Positions 40,186 through 51,805 of a DNA stretch of 64,000 bases are shown here, in pieces. A program made the position numbers and the translations under genes. The DNA comes from an uncultured delta proteobacterium (GTDB taxonomy: Bacteria; Myxococcota; Kuafuiibacteriia; Kuafuiibacteriales; Kuafuiibacteriaceae). The DNA lies in the NCBI GenBank assembly GCA_963803435.1, contig CAWDML010000004.1:128001-192000 (forward strand), written 5' to 3'. Below the pieces are notes generated by a model. It searched no databases. It saw only the letters and a list, made by a program, of their open reading frames with translations, and was not told the DNA's origin. Positions within the stretch are counted from its first letter, which is position 1. Each line of letters starts with the position of its first letter.

Positions 40186-40962
40186 ATGGAACGAGCTGAA
40201 GAGACCACCCTCTCATCGTCGGGTGCAGTGAAGAAGGAACAGACGGCGGTTGTCGACACGAAGCGGTTGCACCCCGTCTTCGCCGGCGTGAGCGTCGCGA
40301 ACCTGGTTTTGCTCGCCGCCCTGGTCTGGTCGAGCCGCAACATCGCCAGCAGTGTCGAGGAAGCTCATGTGGTTCTGCGCAATCACGCGAACGCGGTCCA
40401 GGATGTGAAGAACGAAGTGCACGCCCTGGGCGAGAAGAACGCGAAGCTCGAGCAGGAGGTCGCGCAGCTCGCCGAGGTGGTCTCCACCAGCTCCTCCGAG
40501 GACGTCCTCTTCCTGAAGATCGTGATCACCAAGCGGGGCATCGATCGGAAGCTGGCCCGGCAGATCGCCCAGCACGTGAACAAGTACTCTCGGATCTACG
40601 GGCAGGACCCGGATCTGGTCCTGGCGATCATCGCGATCGAGTCCGACTTCGACCCGCGGGCGCGGTCGAGCGCCGGTGCGGTCGGCCTGATGCAGGTCAT
40701 GCCCCAGTGGAAGCAAGTTCTCGGAATTCGTGAAGAGTTGAGCGATCCGGAGACCTCGATCCGGTACGGTCTCCAGGTGCTCGGCTTCTACCGCAACATG
40801 TATGGGGACCTGGAGATGGCGCTGACGGCTTACAACCGGGGTCCCGGCCCGGTGGACGCCGCCCTCAACCGAGGCGTCAGCCCCCACAACAAGTACGCGC
40901 CGCGCGTGCTCGAGACCTATCGGGAGCTTCGCTCTCTCAAGGTGGGACGCGAAATCACCTGA
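40186..40962 (+). CDS. Membrane-anchored lytic transglycosylase (SLT domain)
   Basis: AIIAIESDFDPRARSSAGAVGLMQVMP, ALTAYNRG. Confidence 0.9.
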   Translation: MERAEETTLSSSGAVKKEQTAVVDTKRLHPVFAGVSVANLVLLAALVWSSRNIASSVEEAHVVLRNHANAVQDVKNEVHALGEKNAKLEQEVAQLAEVVSTSSSEDVLFLKIVITKRGIDRKLARQIAQHVNKYSRIYGQDPDLVLAIIAIESDFDPRARSSAGAVGLMQVMPQWKQVLGIREELSDPETSIRYGLQVLGFYRNMYGDLEMALTAYNRGPGPVDAALNRGVSPHNKYAPRVLETYRELRSLKVGREIT

Positions 40963-41608
40963 CCGGCCGTCGCCTTCGCGCGACCAGGAAGACCTCCCGG
41001 CTGCCGTCTCGGGTCGCCTCCGGCTTCAAGAGCTTCACGTCCTCGAAGACCGCCTTCACGTCCTTCACCAGGTCGTCGGTGTCGTGGCCCTGGAACAGCT
41101 TGGCCACGAAGTACCCGCCGGGCCGGACGATCGCGCTCGAGAGCGCCAGCGCGTGCCGGACCAGACCCACCGACTTCGCCTGGTCCGCGTCCCGGATCCC
41201 GGTCAGCTTGTGCGCCATGTCCGAGACCACGCCGTCGACCTGAAAGCTGGGCGGTAGGGGACCCTCGGGTGGGGGCTTGCCTTTGACGCGGGCGGACAGC
41301 GCCGCCACGTCGCCGCGCACACGCTCGGGATCCAGGGCGGTCACATCGGCCACGAAGGCTTCGGTGTTGGGCGCGCCCACCGAGACCGGCTCCAGGTCGT
41401 AGCCGACCACGCACCCCTTCTTGCCCACGGCTCCGGCCAGATACTGGAGCCACGAGCCGGGCGCTGCGCCCAGATCGACGACGCGATCACCTTTCGAGAA
41501 GAGGGGGTGGCGACGATCGATCTCTTCGAGCTTGTAGATCGAGCGCGCGACGTACTGGTCCTTCTTCGCCTTTTGGAAGAAGCGATCTTGAGGGCGGTAC
41601 TTGGACAA
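40955..41608 (-). CDS. rlmE: 23S rRNA Um2552 methyltransferase RlmE/FtsJ
   Basis: ARSIYKLEEID, VVDLGAAPGSWLQY, VVSDMA, KPEATRDGSRE. Confidence 0.92.
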   Translation of the reverse strand: MSKYRPQDRFFQKAKKDQYVARSIYKLEEIDRRHPLFSKGDRVVDLGAAPGSWLQYLAGAVGKKGCVVGYDLEPVSVGAPNTEAFVADVTALDPERVRGDVAALSARVKGKPPPEGPLPPSFQVDGVVSDMAHKLTGIRDADQAKSVGLVRHALALSSAIVRPGGYFVAKLFQGHDTDDLVKDVKAVFEDVKLLKPEATRDGSREVFLVARRRRPVR

Positions 41609-42301
41609 CTACGCCGGCGCTTGGGCGGTGAGGGACTGGTAGATGCGACCCTGGTTCTTGACCGCCTGGTAGACCATCACGAACCCGTTCTTGGCCCCGG
41701 GCACCGAGCCGCGCACCAGCACGATGTTGTTCTCGAGGTCGATCTTCGCGATCCGCAGGTTCTGGACGGTGACGCGCTCGTTGCCCATCTGTCCCGGCAG
41801 GCGCTTGCCGCTGTGAACCTCGCCGGGCGTGGTGCGGCAGCCGATCGATCCGACGTGACGGAAGACCTCGTGGGTACCGTGCGTCCGCTGCTTGGCGCCC
41901 TTCATGTTGTGCCGCTTCATGACGCCCTGGAAGCCCTTGCCCTTGGAGATGCCGACGGCGTCGATGTACTCGCCCTCCTTGAAGAGGTCCGCCTTGAGCG
42001 CCTGGCCCACCTCGTACCCGCCGATCTCGGCGTCCTCGATGCGGAGCTCGCGGAGCACCCAGCAGGGCTTGAGGTCGTGGCGCTTGAAGTGTCCGGCCAT
42101 CGCCTTGTTGACCTTGCGGTGCGCCTTCTCGTCGAAGCCGAGCTGGATCGCGTTGTAGCCGTCCTTGCTGTCCTTGGTCTTCTTCTGCACGACCGTATTC
42201 GGGCCGAGCTGTAGGACCGTGACCGGGATGCGCTGACCGTCCTCGTCGAAGATCTGGGTCATGCCAATTTTCTTGCCGATGAGGCCCATCCTCGTTGCCA
42301 T
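41609..42301 (-). CDS. rplC: 50S ribosomal protein L3
   Basis: GLIGKKIGMTQIF, DGYNAIQLGF, SKGKGFQGVMKRH, GSVPGAKNG. Confidence 0.96.
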   Translation of the reverse strand: MATRMGLIGKKIGMTQIFDEDGQRIPVTVLQLGPNTVVQKKTKDSKDGYNAIQLGFDEKAHRKVNKAMAGHFKRHDLKPCWVLRELRIEDAEIGGYEVGQALKADLFKEGEYIDAVGISKGKGFQGVMKRHNMKGAKQRTHGTHEVFRHVGSIGCRTTPGEVHSGKRLPGQMGNERVTVQNLRIAKIDLENNIVLVRGSVPGAKNGFVMVYQAVKNQGRIYQSLTAQAPA

Positions 42302-42436
42302 AGCCTCTTCCTCCTTCTGGCTCCGGACCGGGTTGGCTCGCCTTTGAGCGCCTCGGCGGCATTCGGAGCGTTCGAGCCGCGGACCTTCCTTGGGGAGAGC
42401 GGGCGAGTCAACAAAAACCGCTTGTTGCGGCCCGAC

Positions 42437-44002
42437 CTACCGGGCTTCCACGGGGCCCAGGACCGGCGCGAAGTCGGGCTCCAGCGCCAGGCGGACCCAC
42501 CAGTCGTCGACCGAGAAGAAGCTGTTGTTGCTGGTGTTGGCGTTCGTGCTGACGAAGCGGAAGTGCAGCGCCGGCGCGTCGAAGGCGGGCACGAAGCGGA
42601 TCCGCGTGCGCTGCCACCACTGGATGGCGTCGGGGGGGAAGCGCCAGCCGTTCACGGTCCGGTTCTGGTTGTCCGTATCCTGGAACGTCAGGGTGCCGTT
42701 CGGGACGAAGCCGGAGAAGGCGGTCGGGTCCAGATCCGTGGTGTTGTCGAACTGGTCGTTCACCGGGCCGTAGGAGAAGTAGGTGATGTCGGCGGCGCCG
42801 TCGATGGTCCGCCCGGCCAGCCAGGCGCTCATGTCGTAGGTCAGGTTGGCGCCCGGTGCCGAGTCGAGGCCCGCCAGGTTGGGCGTCGCCAGGGTGGCGC
42901 GGCTGAGGTTCGAGGCCGAGCGATCGATCGCGCAGTAGGCTCCGAACGGCCCGTTGTTCTGGTCGAAGATGACCTCGAACGGCCGATCGATGTTGCAGTG
43001 GACCCAGTTGCTCGCCACGTACCAGTTGTTGGCGACCGGGTTGAAGAAGCGCTCGGCAAACTGGAAGACGCCGTCCGACACCTGGAGCGCGGCGCCAGGG
43101 TCGCCGGAGTACAGCACCAGCGGATCGGTCTCGGAGCCGCCGATCGGGAGATCGCGCACCAGCCGGGCCACGATCACCAGCTGATCGGTGCCCAGCGCGA
43201 AGCGATCGCTCCACTGATGCTCGAGGCGATCCGGGCCCTGATAGACGGCGAGATCGGCGCCGTCTGCGGCCAGCGCGGTGCTCGAGGTGAGCATCGACGC
43301 GTGGGGGACCGGGATCTCGATGGTGACCCCGGCCGGTGCGACGACCGCGTTGTTGGGCAGGATCAGCCGTCGGAATCCGAACGCGCCCTCGAAGGGGCCG
43401 AGCCCCGAATCGGCCACGCCCGCGTCCTCGGCGCCCGCGTCCTCGACCCCGGTGTCGCCGGCATCGGCGCCGCCGTCGACGCCGGTGTCCACGCCCGCAT
43501 CCATGTCGCCGCCGTCCGGGAGCGATGCATCCTTGATCAGGTCGCCGCCGTCGGTGAGGCCGCCGTCCGCTGGCGTCTCGGTCGACGTCTGGGCGGGAAC
43601 GAAGAAGGCCTCGTCCAGGCGGGCGATCAGATCGGTCCCGTCGAGCAGTGCGACGTCGTAGCGCTGGTTGCCCGGCAGTCGATCGGAGAGCTCGACGTCG
43701 GCGTACACGACACGGGGCGATTCGACCGTCACTCCATCGATGCGTTTGATCACGCTCTCTCCACGCGCGATTTGCAGCGACATCGGTGTGGGCGCGACCT
43801 GGCCCTCTCGCTTGGCGACGTTGAACGTCACCGATTTCAGGCCGAATCCCCGCCCGGTGACCTTGAGTCGGAAGGAGACGGTGGTGACATCGCCCTCGGG
43901 CTCGACGCCGTCAATCGACGGCTGGGTCGCTTTGGTATTGGGGCACCCTGCGACCAGCGAGAGCAGGAAGGAGAACAGCAACGCCGGATGTTTCCGGCTC
44001 AT
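42437..44002 (-). CDS. Large lipoprotein with Ig-like N-terminus and DAG-rich linker
   Basis: LVAGC lipobox; DAG/DGG repeats; beta-rich C-terminal domain. Confidence 0.75.
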   Translation of the reverse strand: MSRKHPALLFSFLLSLVAGCPNTKATQPSIDGVEPEGDVTTVSFRLKVTGRGFGLKSVTFNVAKREGQVAPTPMSLQIARGESVIKRIDGVTVESPRVVYADVELSDRLPGNQRYDVALLDGTDLIARLDEAFFVPAQTSTETPADGGLTDGGDLIKDASLPDGGDMDAGVDTGVDGGADAGDTGVEDAGAEDAGVADSGLGPFEGAFGFRRLILPNNAVVAPAGVTIEIPVPHASMLTSSTALAADGADLAVYQGPDRLEHQWSDRFALGTDQLVIVARLVRDLPIGGSETDPLVLYSGDPGAALQVSDGVFQFAERFFNPVANNWYVASNWVHCNIDRPFEVIFDQNNGPFGAYCAIDRSASNLSRATLATPNLAGLDSAPGANLTYDMSAWLAGRTIDGAADITYFSYGPVNDQFDNTTDLDPTAFSGFVPNGTLTFQDTDNQNRTVNGWRFPPDAIQWWQRTRIRFVPAFDAPALHFRFVSTNANTSNNSFFSVDDWWVRLALEPDFAPVLGPVEAR

Positions 44003-44115
44003 GGGCGCGCGGGGTGGTGGCGGGGTGGGGGGTCGCACAATCACACCTTCGGGAGACCCAGGGCTCGTTGCCGCTTCGATGTCCCGAATGCTAATTTAAC
44101 TCGTTCCGCAATGTA

Positions 44116-45393
44116 ATGCGTCGCCGTCGAAGACATCAGTGGGGCTCCTCCGTTCTCCTCGCATCCTTGCTGTTCTCGGCGCTCGTCCATCTCAGCGTCG
44201 GCATCCCCTTCCGAGATTTCGTCAATGATTACCTCGGTTCGGCACGGCCGCCCTCCAACAATCCGGTGAGGGTCGTCCGCCTCTCGGCGGAACAGTGGGA
44301 GAAGAACCGAGGTACCTTCAAGAATCGGCAGCTCCCGCAGTTCGAGACAGCCGAGGAGAAGGCGCGGGCGGAGCTCGAGAAGAAGAAGCTCGAGGAGAAG
44401 AAGAAGAAGGAGGAGGACCGCTTGCACGGTCAGGTCGTCGAAGTCGCGCCCTCCAAGGACGACTCGCCGAACCCGGAAGCGAAGTACCTCTCCAAATACA
44501 ACACGCACGTCGACAAGGAGACGACCGCGCGTCCCGAGGATCGGGATCCGAATCTCAAGCGCGTCACCAACAAGCTTCAGACCACCGAAGTCCAAGGCAA
44601 CCCGGAGCGCGCCATCCAGACGCCGGGTCTGGCGATGAAGGGCGACGGCGCCCAGGAGACTCCGGGCAAGGCGGGCGAGGGCGACCACAAGGGTCAGAAG
44701 CGCTTCGTCCTCGAGGTGCCCGACATGAAGCCGAAGGAGGGGGTGAAGCTCAAGCTCTCCAATCTCCCGGGGACCTCGCAGCGCCTGGCGAACCGGGAGG
44801 GGACCGACGCGCTCAACGGCAACTCGGATCGCCTCCACCTCGAGATGGGCGACGGCCTCGACGAGGGCGGCGGCGAGAACGGCAAGAAGGCGGGCACCGA
44901 GAACGGATCGGAGAAGAAGCTCCCCGACATGGCGTCGCTGGTTCCGACGATCGGGACGGTCGCACGCATCAGCGGCTCGCCCTCGCGGGATCACGTGGAC
45001 GGCGTTCCGGAGGGTGACGGCACCTTCCTCAACACCAAGGAGTTCAAGTACGCGACCTTCTTCTATCGAGTGCGCGACAGCGTCGCGTCGTTCTGGGAAG
45101 ACCTGGCGGCGGCCGAGTACCGGCGTCGCGATCCGACGGGCAACATCTACGGCATTCGCGATCGATCGACGCTGCTCCGGATCCAGCTCACGCGCGACGG
45201 GCGGCTCGACCAGGTCCGCGTCGAGCAGACGAGCGGCGTCGACTTCCTCGACAATGTCGCAGTGCAAGCGTTCAAGATGGCCGAGCCCTTCCCCAATCCT
45301 CCACCCGGGATCGTGGACGAGGACGGGTCGATCCGCTTCAACTTCCAGTTCGTGGTGACGATGCGCTCGCGCGGCCCGTTCGACTTCCGCTGA
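44116..45393 (+). CDS. TonB family protein
   Basis: N-terminal TM, charged linker, TonB-C TSGVDFLDNVAVQAFKMAEPFPNPP. Confidence 0.85.
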   Translation: MRRRRRHQWGSSVLLASLLFSALVHLSVGIPFRDFVNDYLGSARPPSNNPVRVVRLSAEQWEKNRGTFKNRQLPQFETAEEKARAELEKKKLEEKKKKEEDRLHGQVVEVAPSKDDSPNPEAKYLSKYNTHVDKETTARPEDRDPNLKRVTNKLQTTEVQGNPERAIQTPGLAMKGDGAQETPGKAGEGDHKGQKRFVLEVPDMKPKEGVKLKLSNLPGTSQRLANREGTDALNGNSDRLHLEMGDGLDEGGGENGKKAGTENGSEKKLPDMASLVPTIGTVARISGSPSRDHVDGVPEGDGTFLNTKEFKYATFFYRVRDSVASFWEDLAAAEYRRRDPTGNIYGIRDRSTLLRIQLTRDGRLDQVRVEQTSGVDFLDNVAVQAFKMAEPFPNPPPGIVDEDGSIRFNFQFVVTMRSRGPFDFR

Positions 45394-45402
45394 GCTCAGA
45401 GC

Positions 45403-45798
45403 TCACTCGCTCTCTTCCTCGAGAAACTTCTCGTAGTCGGACGAAGACATCAGGCCGTCGACCTCGGTGGTGTCCTTGAGCTTCACCCGGATCATCCAGC
45501 CGTCGTCGTACGAGTCCTCGTTGAGGTCCTCGGGGGCCTCGATGACGTCGTCATTGCGCTCGGTAACCTCGCCGGTCACCGGGGAGAACAAATCGGAGAC
45601 GGCCTTCACCGACTCGACCACGCCGAACGGCTGCCCCGCCGCCACCTGCTCGCCGGGAGCCGGGAGCTCGCAGTAAACGATGTCGCCCAGGGCGTCCTGC
45701 GCGTGCCAGGTGATGCCGATGGTGGCCACGTCGCCGTCGACGAGGCACCACTCGTGGTCTTTGGTGTAGAGCAGGTTCTCCGGAAAATTTCGTCCCAT
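45403..45798 (-). CDS. gcvH: Glycine cleavage system H protein
   Basis: YTKDHEW, GITWHAQDALGDIV, VESVKAVSDL (lipoyl Lys). Confidence 0.95.
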   Translation of the reverse strand: MGRNFPENLLYTKDHEWCLVDGDVATIGITWHAQDALGDIVYCELPAPGEQVAAGQPFGVVESVKAVSDLFSPVTGEVTERNDDVIEAPEDLNEDSYDDGWMIRVKLKDTTEVDGLMSSSDYEKFLEEESE

Positions 45799-45804
45799 GG
45801 CGTG

Positions 45805-46566
45805 TCAGCTCTTCTCGCTCTTCTCGAGTTTGGCCCGCGAGCCGACCCGGTCGTAGATGAAGGCGGGCACCGCCGTCAAGAGCTTGGCGCCCAGCCACGT
45901 CTGCCAGGGAAACGCATAGACACGGCGGCCGCGCGCGATGGCGGTGAGGATCTTGAGGGCCGCGACGTCGGCGGGCATCAAGAAGGGCATCCGGAACTTG
46001 TTTCGCTTGGTCAGCGGTGTGTCGATGAATCCGGGACGGATGTCGGTCACGATGATCCCCGTCCGGAACAGGTCGACGCGGATGGACTCGAGGAACGTCG
46101 AGAGCGCCGCCTTCGACGCCGAGTAGACGGCGCTGGTGGGGAGCCCGCGATAGGCCGCCAGACTCGAGACGCCCACCAGATGCCCGCGGCCGGCCTCGAT
46201 CATGTGGGGGATGGCCGCGGTGAGCGTGACGCACGCGCCCACGATGTTGGTCTGGAGCATCGCCACGACCTGCTCGATCCGCAGCTCGGGCGCGGGCCGG
46301 TTGCCGCCGAAGCCGGCGTTGGCGATGACCAGATCGAGCGAGCCGAGCGCGCGCTTGGCCTCGTCCACGACCTCGCGCGCGCGGTTCGGATCCGACAGGT
46401 CGGCCTGGATCGGGATCGCGTCGATCGATCGGGCCGTCGTCTCCAACTGCTCGCGACTGCGCGCGCAGATGGCCACGCGCGTGCCGCGTCGCCGGAGCTC
46501 GGTGGCGAGGGCGGCCCCGATTCCGGTCGAGCCTCCCGTGATCAGCGCCGTCTGCCACTCTTTCAT
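45805..46566 (-). CDS. Short-chain dehydrogenase/reductase
   Basis: LITGGSTGIG, ANAG, YSASK, PGFIDTPLT. Confidence 0.92.
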   Translation of the reverse strand: MKEWQTALITGGSTGIGAALATELRRRGTRVAICARSREQLETTARSIDAIPIQADLSDPNRAREVVDEAKRALGSLDLVIANAGFGGNRPAPELRIEQVVAMLQTNIVGACVTLTAAIPHMIEAGRGHLVGVSSLAAYRGLPTSAVYSASKAALSTFLESIRVDLFRTGIIVTDIRPGFIDTPLTKRNKFRMPFLMPADVAALKILTAIARGRRVYAFPWQTWLGAKLLTAVPAFIYDRVGSRAKLEKSEKS

Positions 46567-46568
46567 GA

Positions 46569-47662
<1,094 letters not shown>

Positions 47663-47666
<4 letters not shown>

Positions 47667-48511
47667 TTCCGCCTCCGCTCAGCCGCGGTCACCGTGTTGT
47701 CGAGCAGCAACGCGATCGTCATCGGACCCACGCCGCCCGGCACGGGCGTGATCGCGTGCGCGCGCTCCTTGGCGGCGTGGAAGGCCACGTCCCCCACCAG
47801 CTTGCCCGCCTCGTTTCGGTTGATCCCCACGTCGATGACCGTCGCGCCGAACTTGATCCAGCGACCCTGGACCAGCTCGCGCTTGCCGGCGGCGGCGATC
47901 AGGATGTCGGCCGAGCCCACGACCTCGTCGAGGAACCGCGTGCGCGAGTGACAGACGGTGACGGTCGCGTGCCGGTTGATCAGCAGATCCGCGACCGGCC
48001 GGCCCACCAGCCGCGAGCGGCCGATCACCACCGCGCGCTTGCCGGCGATCGTCGTGCCCGCCTCCTCGATCAAGCGGATGCAGCCCCGCGGCGTGCAGGG
48101 GAGCAGACACCCCTCGTCGCCGCGCGCCAGGCGTCCCGCGTTGATGGGATGGAGCCCATCGACGTCCTTCTCGGGGGCGATCGCGCGGATGACCTCCTCC
48201 TCGATGTGCTGTTTCGGCAAGGGAAGTTGCACCAGGATCCCGTCGACGTCCTCATCCTGGTTGAGCTGTGCCACCAGGGTGAGCAGATCCCGCCGCGGTG
48301 TTGCCGGATCGAGTGTGTGCTGGGTGGTCTCGATGCCGACCTCGGTGGCGGCCTTTCCCTTGTTCCGGACGTAGATCGCGCTGGCGGGATCGTCGCTGGC
48401 GAGGACGACCGCGAGGTGAGGCTTGGCTCCAGTCCGCTGGGCGAGCGCGAGGACCTTCTGCTTCACGTCGGCCCGCACGCGTTCGGCGAGCGCTTTGCCG
48501 TCGATGATCAC
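47663..48511 (-). CDS. folD: Methylenetetrahydrofolate dehydrogenase/cyclohydrolase
   Basis: IIDGKALA, GILVQLPLP, KDVDG, PCTP, TPVPGGVGPMT. Confidence 0.95.
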
Positions 48512-48640
48512 GCGCGCCTCATCGTATGGGCGTGTCCCGAGGGTCAAGCGAAGGCCTGCGATCCCGCGCACGGTCCGCAGTCGAGTCGAACCGCGTCTGT
48601 AAGCGATTACTCGGGCCTCGGTCGCGACAATCCGGGGGCC

Positions 48641-49129
<489 letters not shown>

Positions 49130-49285
49130 CGGCGTCGCGGAGCTCTTTGATGCCGACGACCAAGGGCGCGTCGTTCGAGCGCGGCCCGAAGGACAGGATC
49201 GCCCTGCGCACCCGCAAGAACCGCTGACGCGCCCGCGAGGGCGTGACATCCGGCGCACCCCCTGCCAGCGTTCGCGCGGCGGCCG

Positions 49286-51436
49286 ATGGTCCAGCCCAAG
49301 CAGTTGATCGGCGGGCTCGCGCTGGCGGCCTGGGGCCTCTTCTCGGCATGGGCGCTGGGCCGCTACGCCGAGGCCTACCCGCTCTTCACGACCTGGCCGA
49401 GCCACCTCGAGACCAGCGCGCTCGACTGCCTCCAGGGCTCGCACGCCCACCTGCTCGAGAACCTTCGGGCGATGGCGCACGCACTCGCGACCTTCGCCGC
49501 GATGGTCGGCGTCGTGATCGTTCTGGGTGTGTCGATCGAGCGGCCGCTCGCGCTCTCGCTCGCCGGTGCCGAGCGGTGGTTGATGCGGATCGGGCTCGGC
49601 GCTGCGGCGCTGCACACGATCATGTTCGCCTCCGGCGTGGCCGGTCTCTGGTATCCGAAGGTGATCTTGGGGGCGGCGATCGGGACGCTCCTCGCCGGCG
49701 TCTGGCTCTGGGGGAAGGCGGGCCGGCCGCTCCCGCGGCTCGCGGAGGCGGGCGCCTATCTGTATCGCCGCCCGTGGACGCTCATCGCGCTGGGGCTGAT
49801 CGTGCTCGCCGCGATCGAAGGGCTGGCGCCGGAGACCGGCGGAGACGCGGGGCTCTATCACGTGGGCGTGCCGAGCACCTGGCTGGCCGACCACCAGATC
49901 ACGTTCCTGCGCGACCGCTACGTCGCGAATCTCCCGCTGCCGCAGTCGATGTTCTATGCGTTCCTGATCGCGATCGGTCCCGCGGACGCGGCCGGGCTTT
50001 TCCAGCCGGCGATGCTCCTGGTGGCGGCGCTGGCGCTATCCCGGACCGTCGAGCGCTACGTCGATCGGCCGCGCTTCCCGCTGGAGATCTGGGCGCTCCT
50101 CGCCACGCCTGCCCTCAACGGATACCTCGCGATCAGCGGCAACGATCAGCTCACGATCGCGTTCTTCGCGCTGGGGCTGCTCTTCGGACTTCGAGCTGTC
50201 GAGAGCCCGTCGCCCGACGTGCGCGGGTTCGCGATCGCGCTCTTCTTCGTCGGCTTCGGCATGTCCGCGAAGTACACCGCGATCCCCCACGGGCTGCTCC
50301 TGGTGGCGTTCCTCTCCATCCAGTGGGTGCGGCGGCGCGGTCCCGAGCGCGCGGTCGCCGCCGGCCTGCTCCTCTTCGCGGCCCCGTTCTCGCTGTGGGC
50401 GGTCAAGGCCTGGCTCTACACCCACAACCCGGTCTATCCGGCGCTCGCCGGGGTGTTCGGCCACGAGCACGCGGATCCCGACGGGATCGCGATGGCGTTC
50501 GCGTCGAACGTGCCCCGGATCCACGGCCTCTTCGAGCACCTGACATTCCTCTATCAGACGACCATGAAGGCGCCCGCGTTGATGCACAACGCTGGGCCGC
50601 ACTGGCTGATCCTGATCCCCGTGGCGCTGGTCGTCGGTGTCCGGAGGGACCGGCGGACGTCGCTCTTGGCCGCGAGCGCGCTGGCGTGCGGGTGGCTGGT
50701 CTGGTCGCTCCTCTACATGAGCGCGCGCTACTCGGCGCCGCTGTTCGCGATGACCGGCGTGGCGATCAGCGTCGTGCTCAACGCCGCCGCCGCCGATCGA
50801 CCGCGCCTGGGACCGCTCGGGCTGATGCTGCTCGCCGCCGGCATGCTCTGGACCACGGCGATGGCGTGGGCTTACCGTCACGACGTGGTCCGCCCGTACA
50901 CGTATCTCTGCGGCGCGTACGACGCGGTCGGGTACACGTTCGAGCAGGATCTCCAGATGACCGCGTTTCCGGAGCGGCCGATGCTGGCGTTCCTCGATCG
51001 CACGCTGGATCGACGGCACGATCGCGTCCTGCTCGTGGGCGAGGATCGGACCGGCGATCTCCGCATCCCGCACATCGCTGGCACGCGCTACGATCGACCG
51101 ATCTTCGAGGCCTACCTCGCCGGCGCCGCTACCGCGGCCGAGGTGCGCGAGAACCTGCGGCGCGACGGCGTCACCCACCTCGCGGTCAACGTCGGGCTCG
51201 GCTCGCTGTTCGTGAAGTCCGGCTATCCGATCCTGGCGGTCGCTCCCGAAGAGAGGGCGCTCTGGTCGGAGGTCTGCACGCGATGGATCGACGTGATCGA
51301 GCGCCGCCGTCACGGCGAGGAGGACTGGCTGGTGGGACGGCTCCGCGATGCGCCCGCCTCGGAGCCCGTCCCCGATCTCATGGGCCTGATCCGGGCGCGG
51401 GCTACACCCGGCGAAGGCGGCGGTCGAGGAAGATGA
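49286..51436 (+). CDS. Polytopic membrane protein, GT-C (ArnT/PMT-like) glycosyltransferase-like
   Basis: Over 12 hydrophobic segments; DAGLYH, AKYT, THNPVYP motifs. Confidence 0.65.
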   Translation: MVQPKQLIGGLALAAWGLFSAWALGRYAEAYPLFTTWPSHLETSALDCLQGSHAHLLENLRAMAHALATFAAMVGVVIVLGVSIERPLALSLAGAERWLMRIGLGAAALHTIMFASGVAGLWYPKVILGAAIGTLLAGVWLWGKAGRPLPRLAEAGAYLYRRPWTLIALGLIVLAAIEGLAPETGGDAGLYHVGVPSTWLADHQITFLRDRYVANLPLPQSMFYAFLIAIGPADAAGLFQPAMLLVAALALSRTVERYVDRPRFPLEIWALLATPALNGYLAISGNDQLTIAFFALGLLFGLRAVESPSPDVRGFAIALFFVGFGMSAKYTAIPHGLLLVAFLSIQWVRRRGPERAVAAGLLLFAAPFSLWAVKAWLYTHNPVYPALAGVFGHEHADPDGIAMAFASNVPRIHGLFEHLTFLYQTTMKAPALMHNAGPHWLILIPVALVVGVRRDRRTSLLAASALACGWLVWSLLYMSARYSAPLFAMTGVAISVVLNAAAADRPRLGPLGLMLLAAGMLWTTAMAWAYRHDVVRPYTYLCGAYDAVGYTFEQDLQMTAFPERPMLAFLDRTLDRRHDRVLLVGEDRTGDLRIPHIAGTRYDRPIFEAYLAGAATAAEVRENLRRDGVTHLAVNVGLGSLFVKSGYPILAVAPEERALWSEVCTRWIDVIERRRHGEEDWLVGRLRDAPASEPVPDLMGLIRARATPGEGGGRGR

Positions 51437-51590
51437 GCGCGGCGGCGACCACCGCGACCAGCAGCAGGACCGAGTGCTCGGGCTCGACGAGATAATGGGC
51501 GACGGAGCTCGGAGGCGTGCTCCCGTGTCCGGGGTGGGCCAGCGCCAGCGAGGGCACGAGCATCGAGAGGGTGATCAACCAGGTCTTCAT
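51402..51590 (-). CDS. Small exported His-rich membrane protein (AHPGHG), possible Ni-binding
   Basis: GGAGG RBS; signal peptide then HPGHG...HYLVEPEH, TM, basic tail. Confidence 0.7.
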   Translation of the reverse strand: MKTWLITLSMLVPSLALAHPGHGSTPPSSVAHYLVEPEHSVLLLVAVVAAALIFLDRRLRRV

Positions 51591-51601
51591 CGCGAACCTC
51601 C

Positions 51602-51793
51602 TCAAGCCGGGGAGAGCAGCGGGCTCTTCGGGTCGATGGGCCTTCTCGCACGCGGATTGATCCCCGTCGAGCGCTTTACCGCCTCACGGTCTTGCGAGCC
51701 GGGCTGATTGCCCTCGTGAACGCCCCGGACGTGAGAGGGGAGCGACGGCGAGGTCTCGGGTCTTCCCACGGTGATGTTCGATTGGGTTGGCAT
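51602..51793 (-). CDS. Small protein downstream of hhyL
   Basis: GGAG RBS; PSHVRGVHEGN...RSTGINP...PIDP...LSPA resembles (from memory) small proteins of group 1h clusters. Confidence 0.65.
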   Translation of the reverse strand: MPTQSNITVGRPETSPSLPSHVRGVHEGNQPGSQDREAVKRSTGINPRARRPIDPKSPLLSPA

Positions 51794-51805
51794 GTCTCGG
51801 TTCTC

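Noticed and set aside
51600-51800. Metal or cobalamin riboswitch downstream of hhyL
   Set aside because: No riboswitch consensus recognised; the region is explained by a small ORF with an RBS
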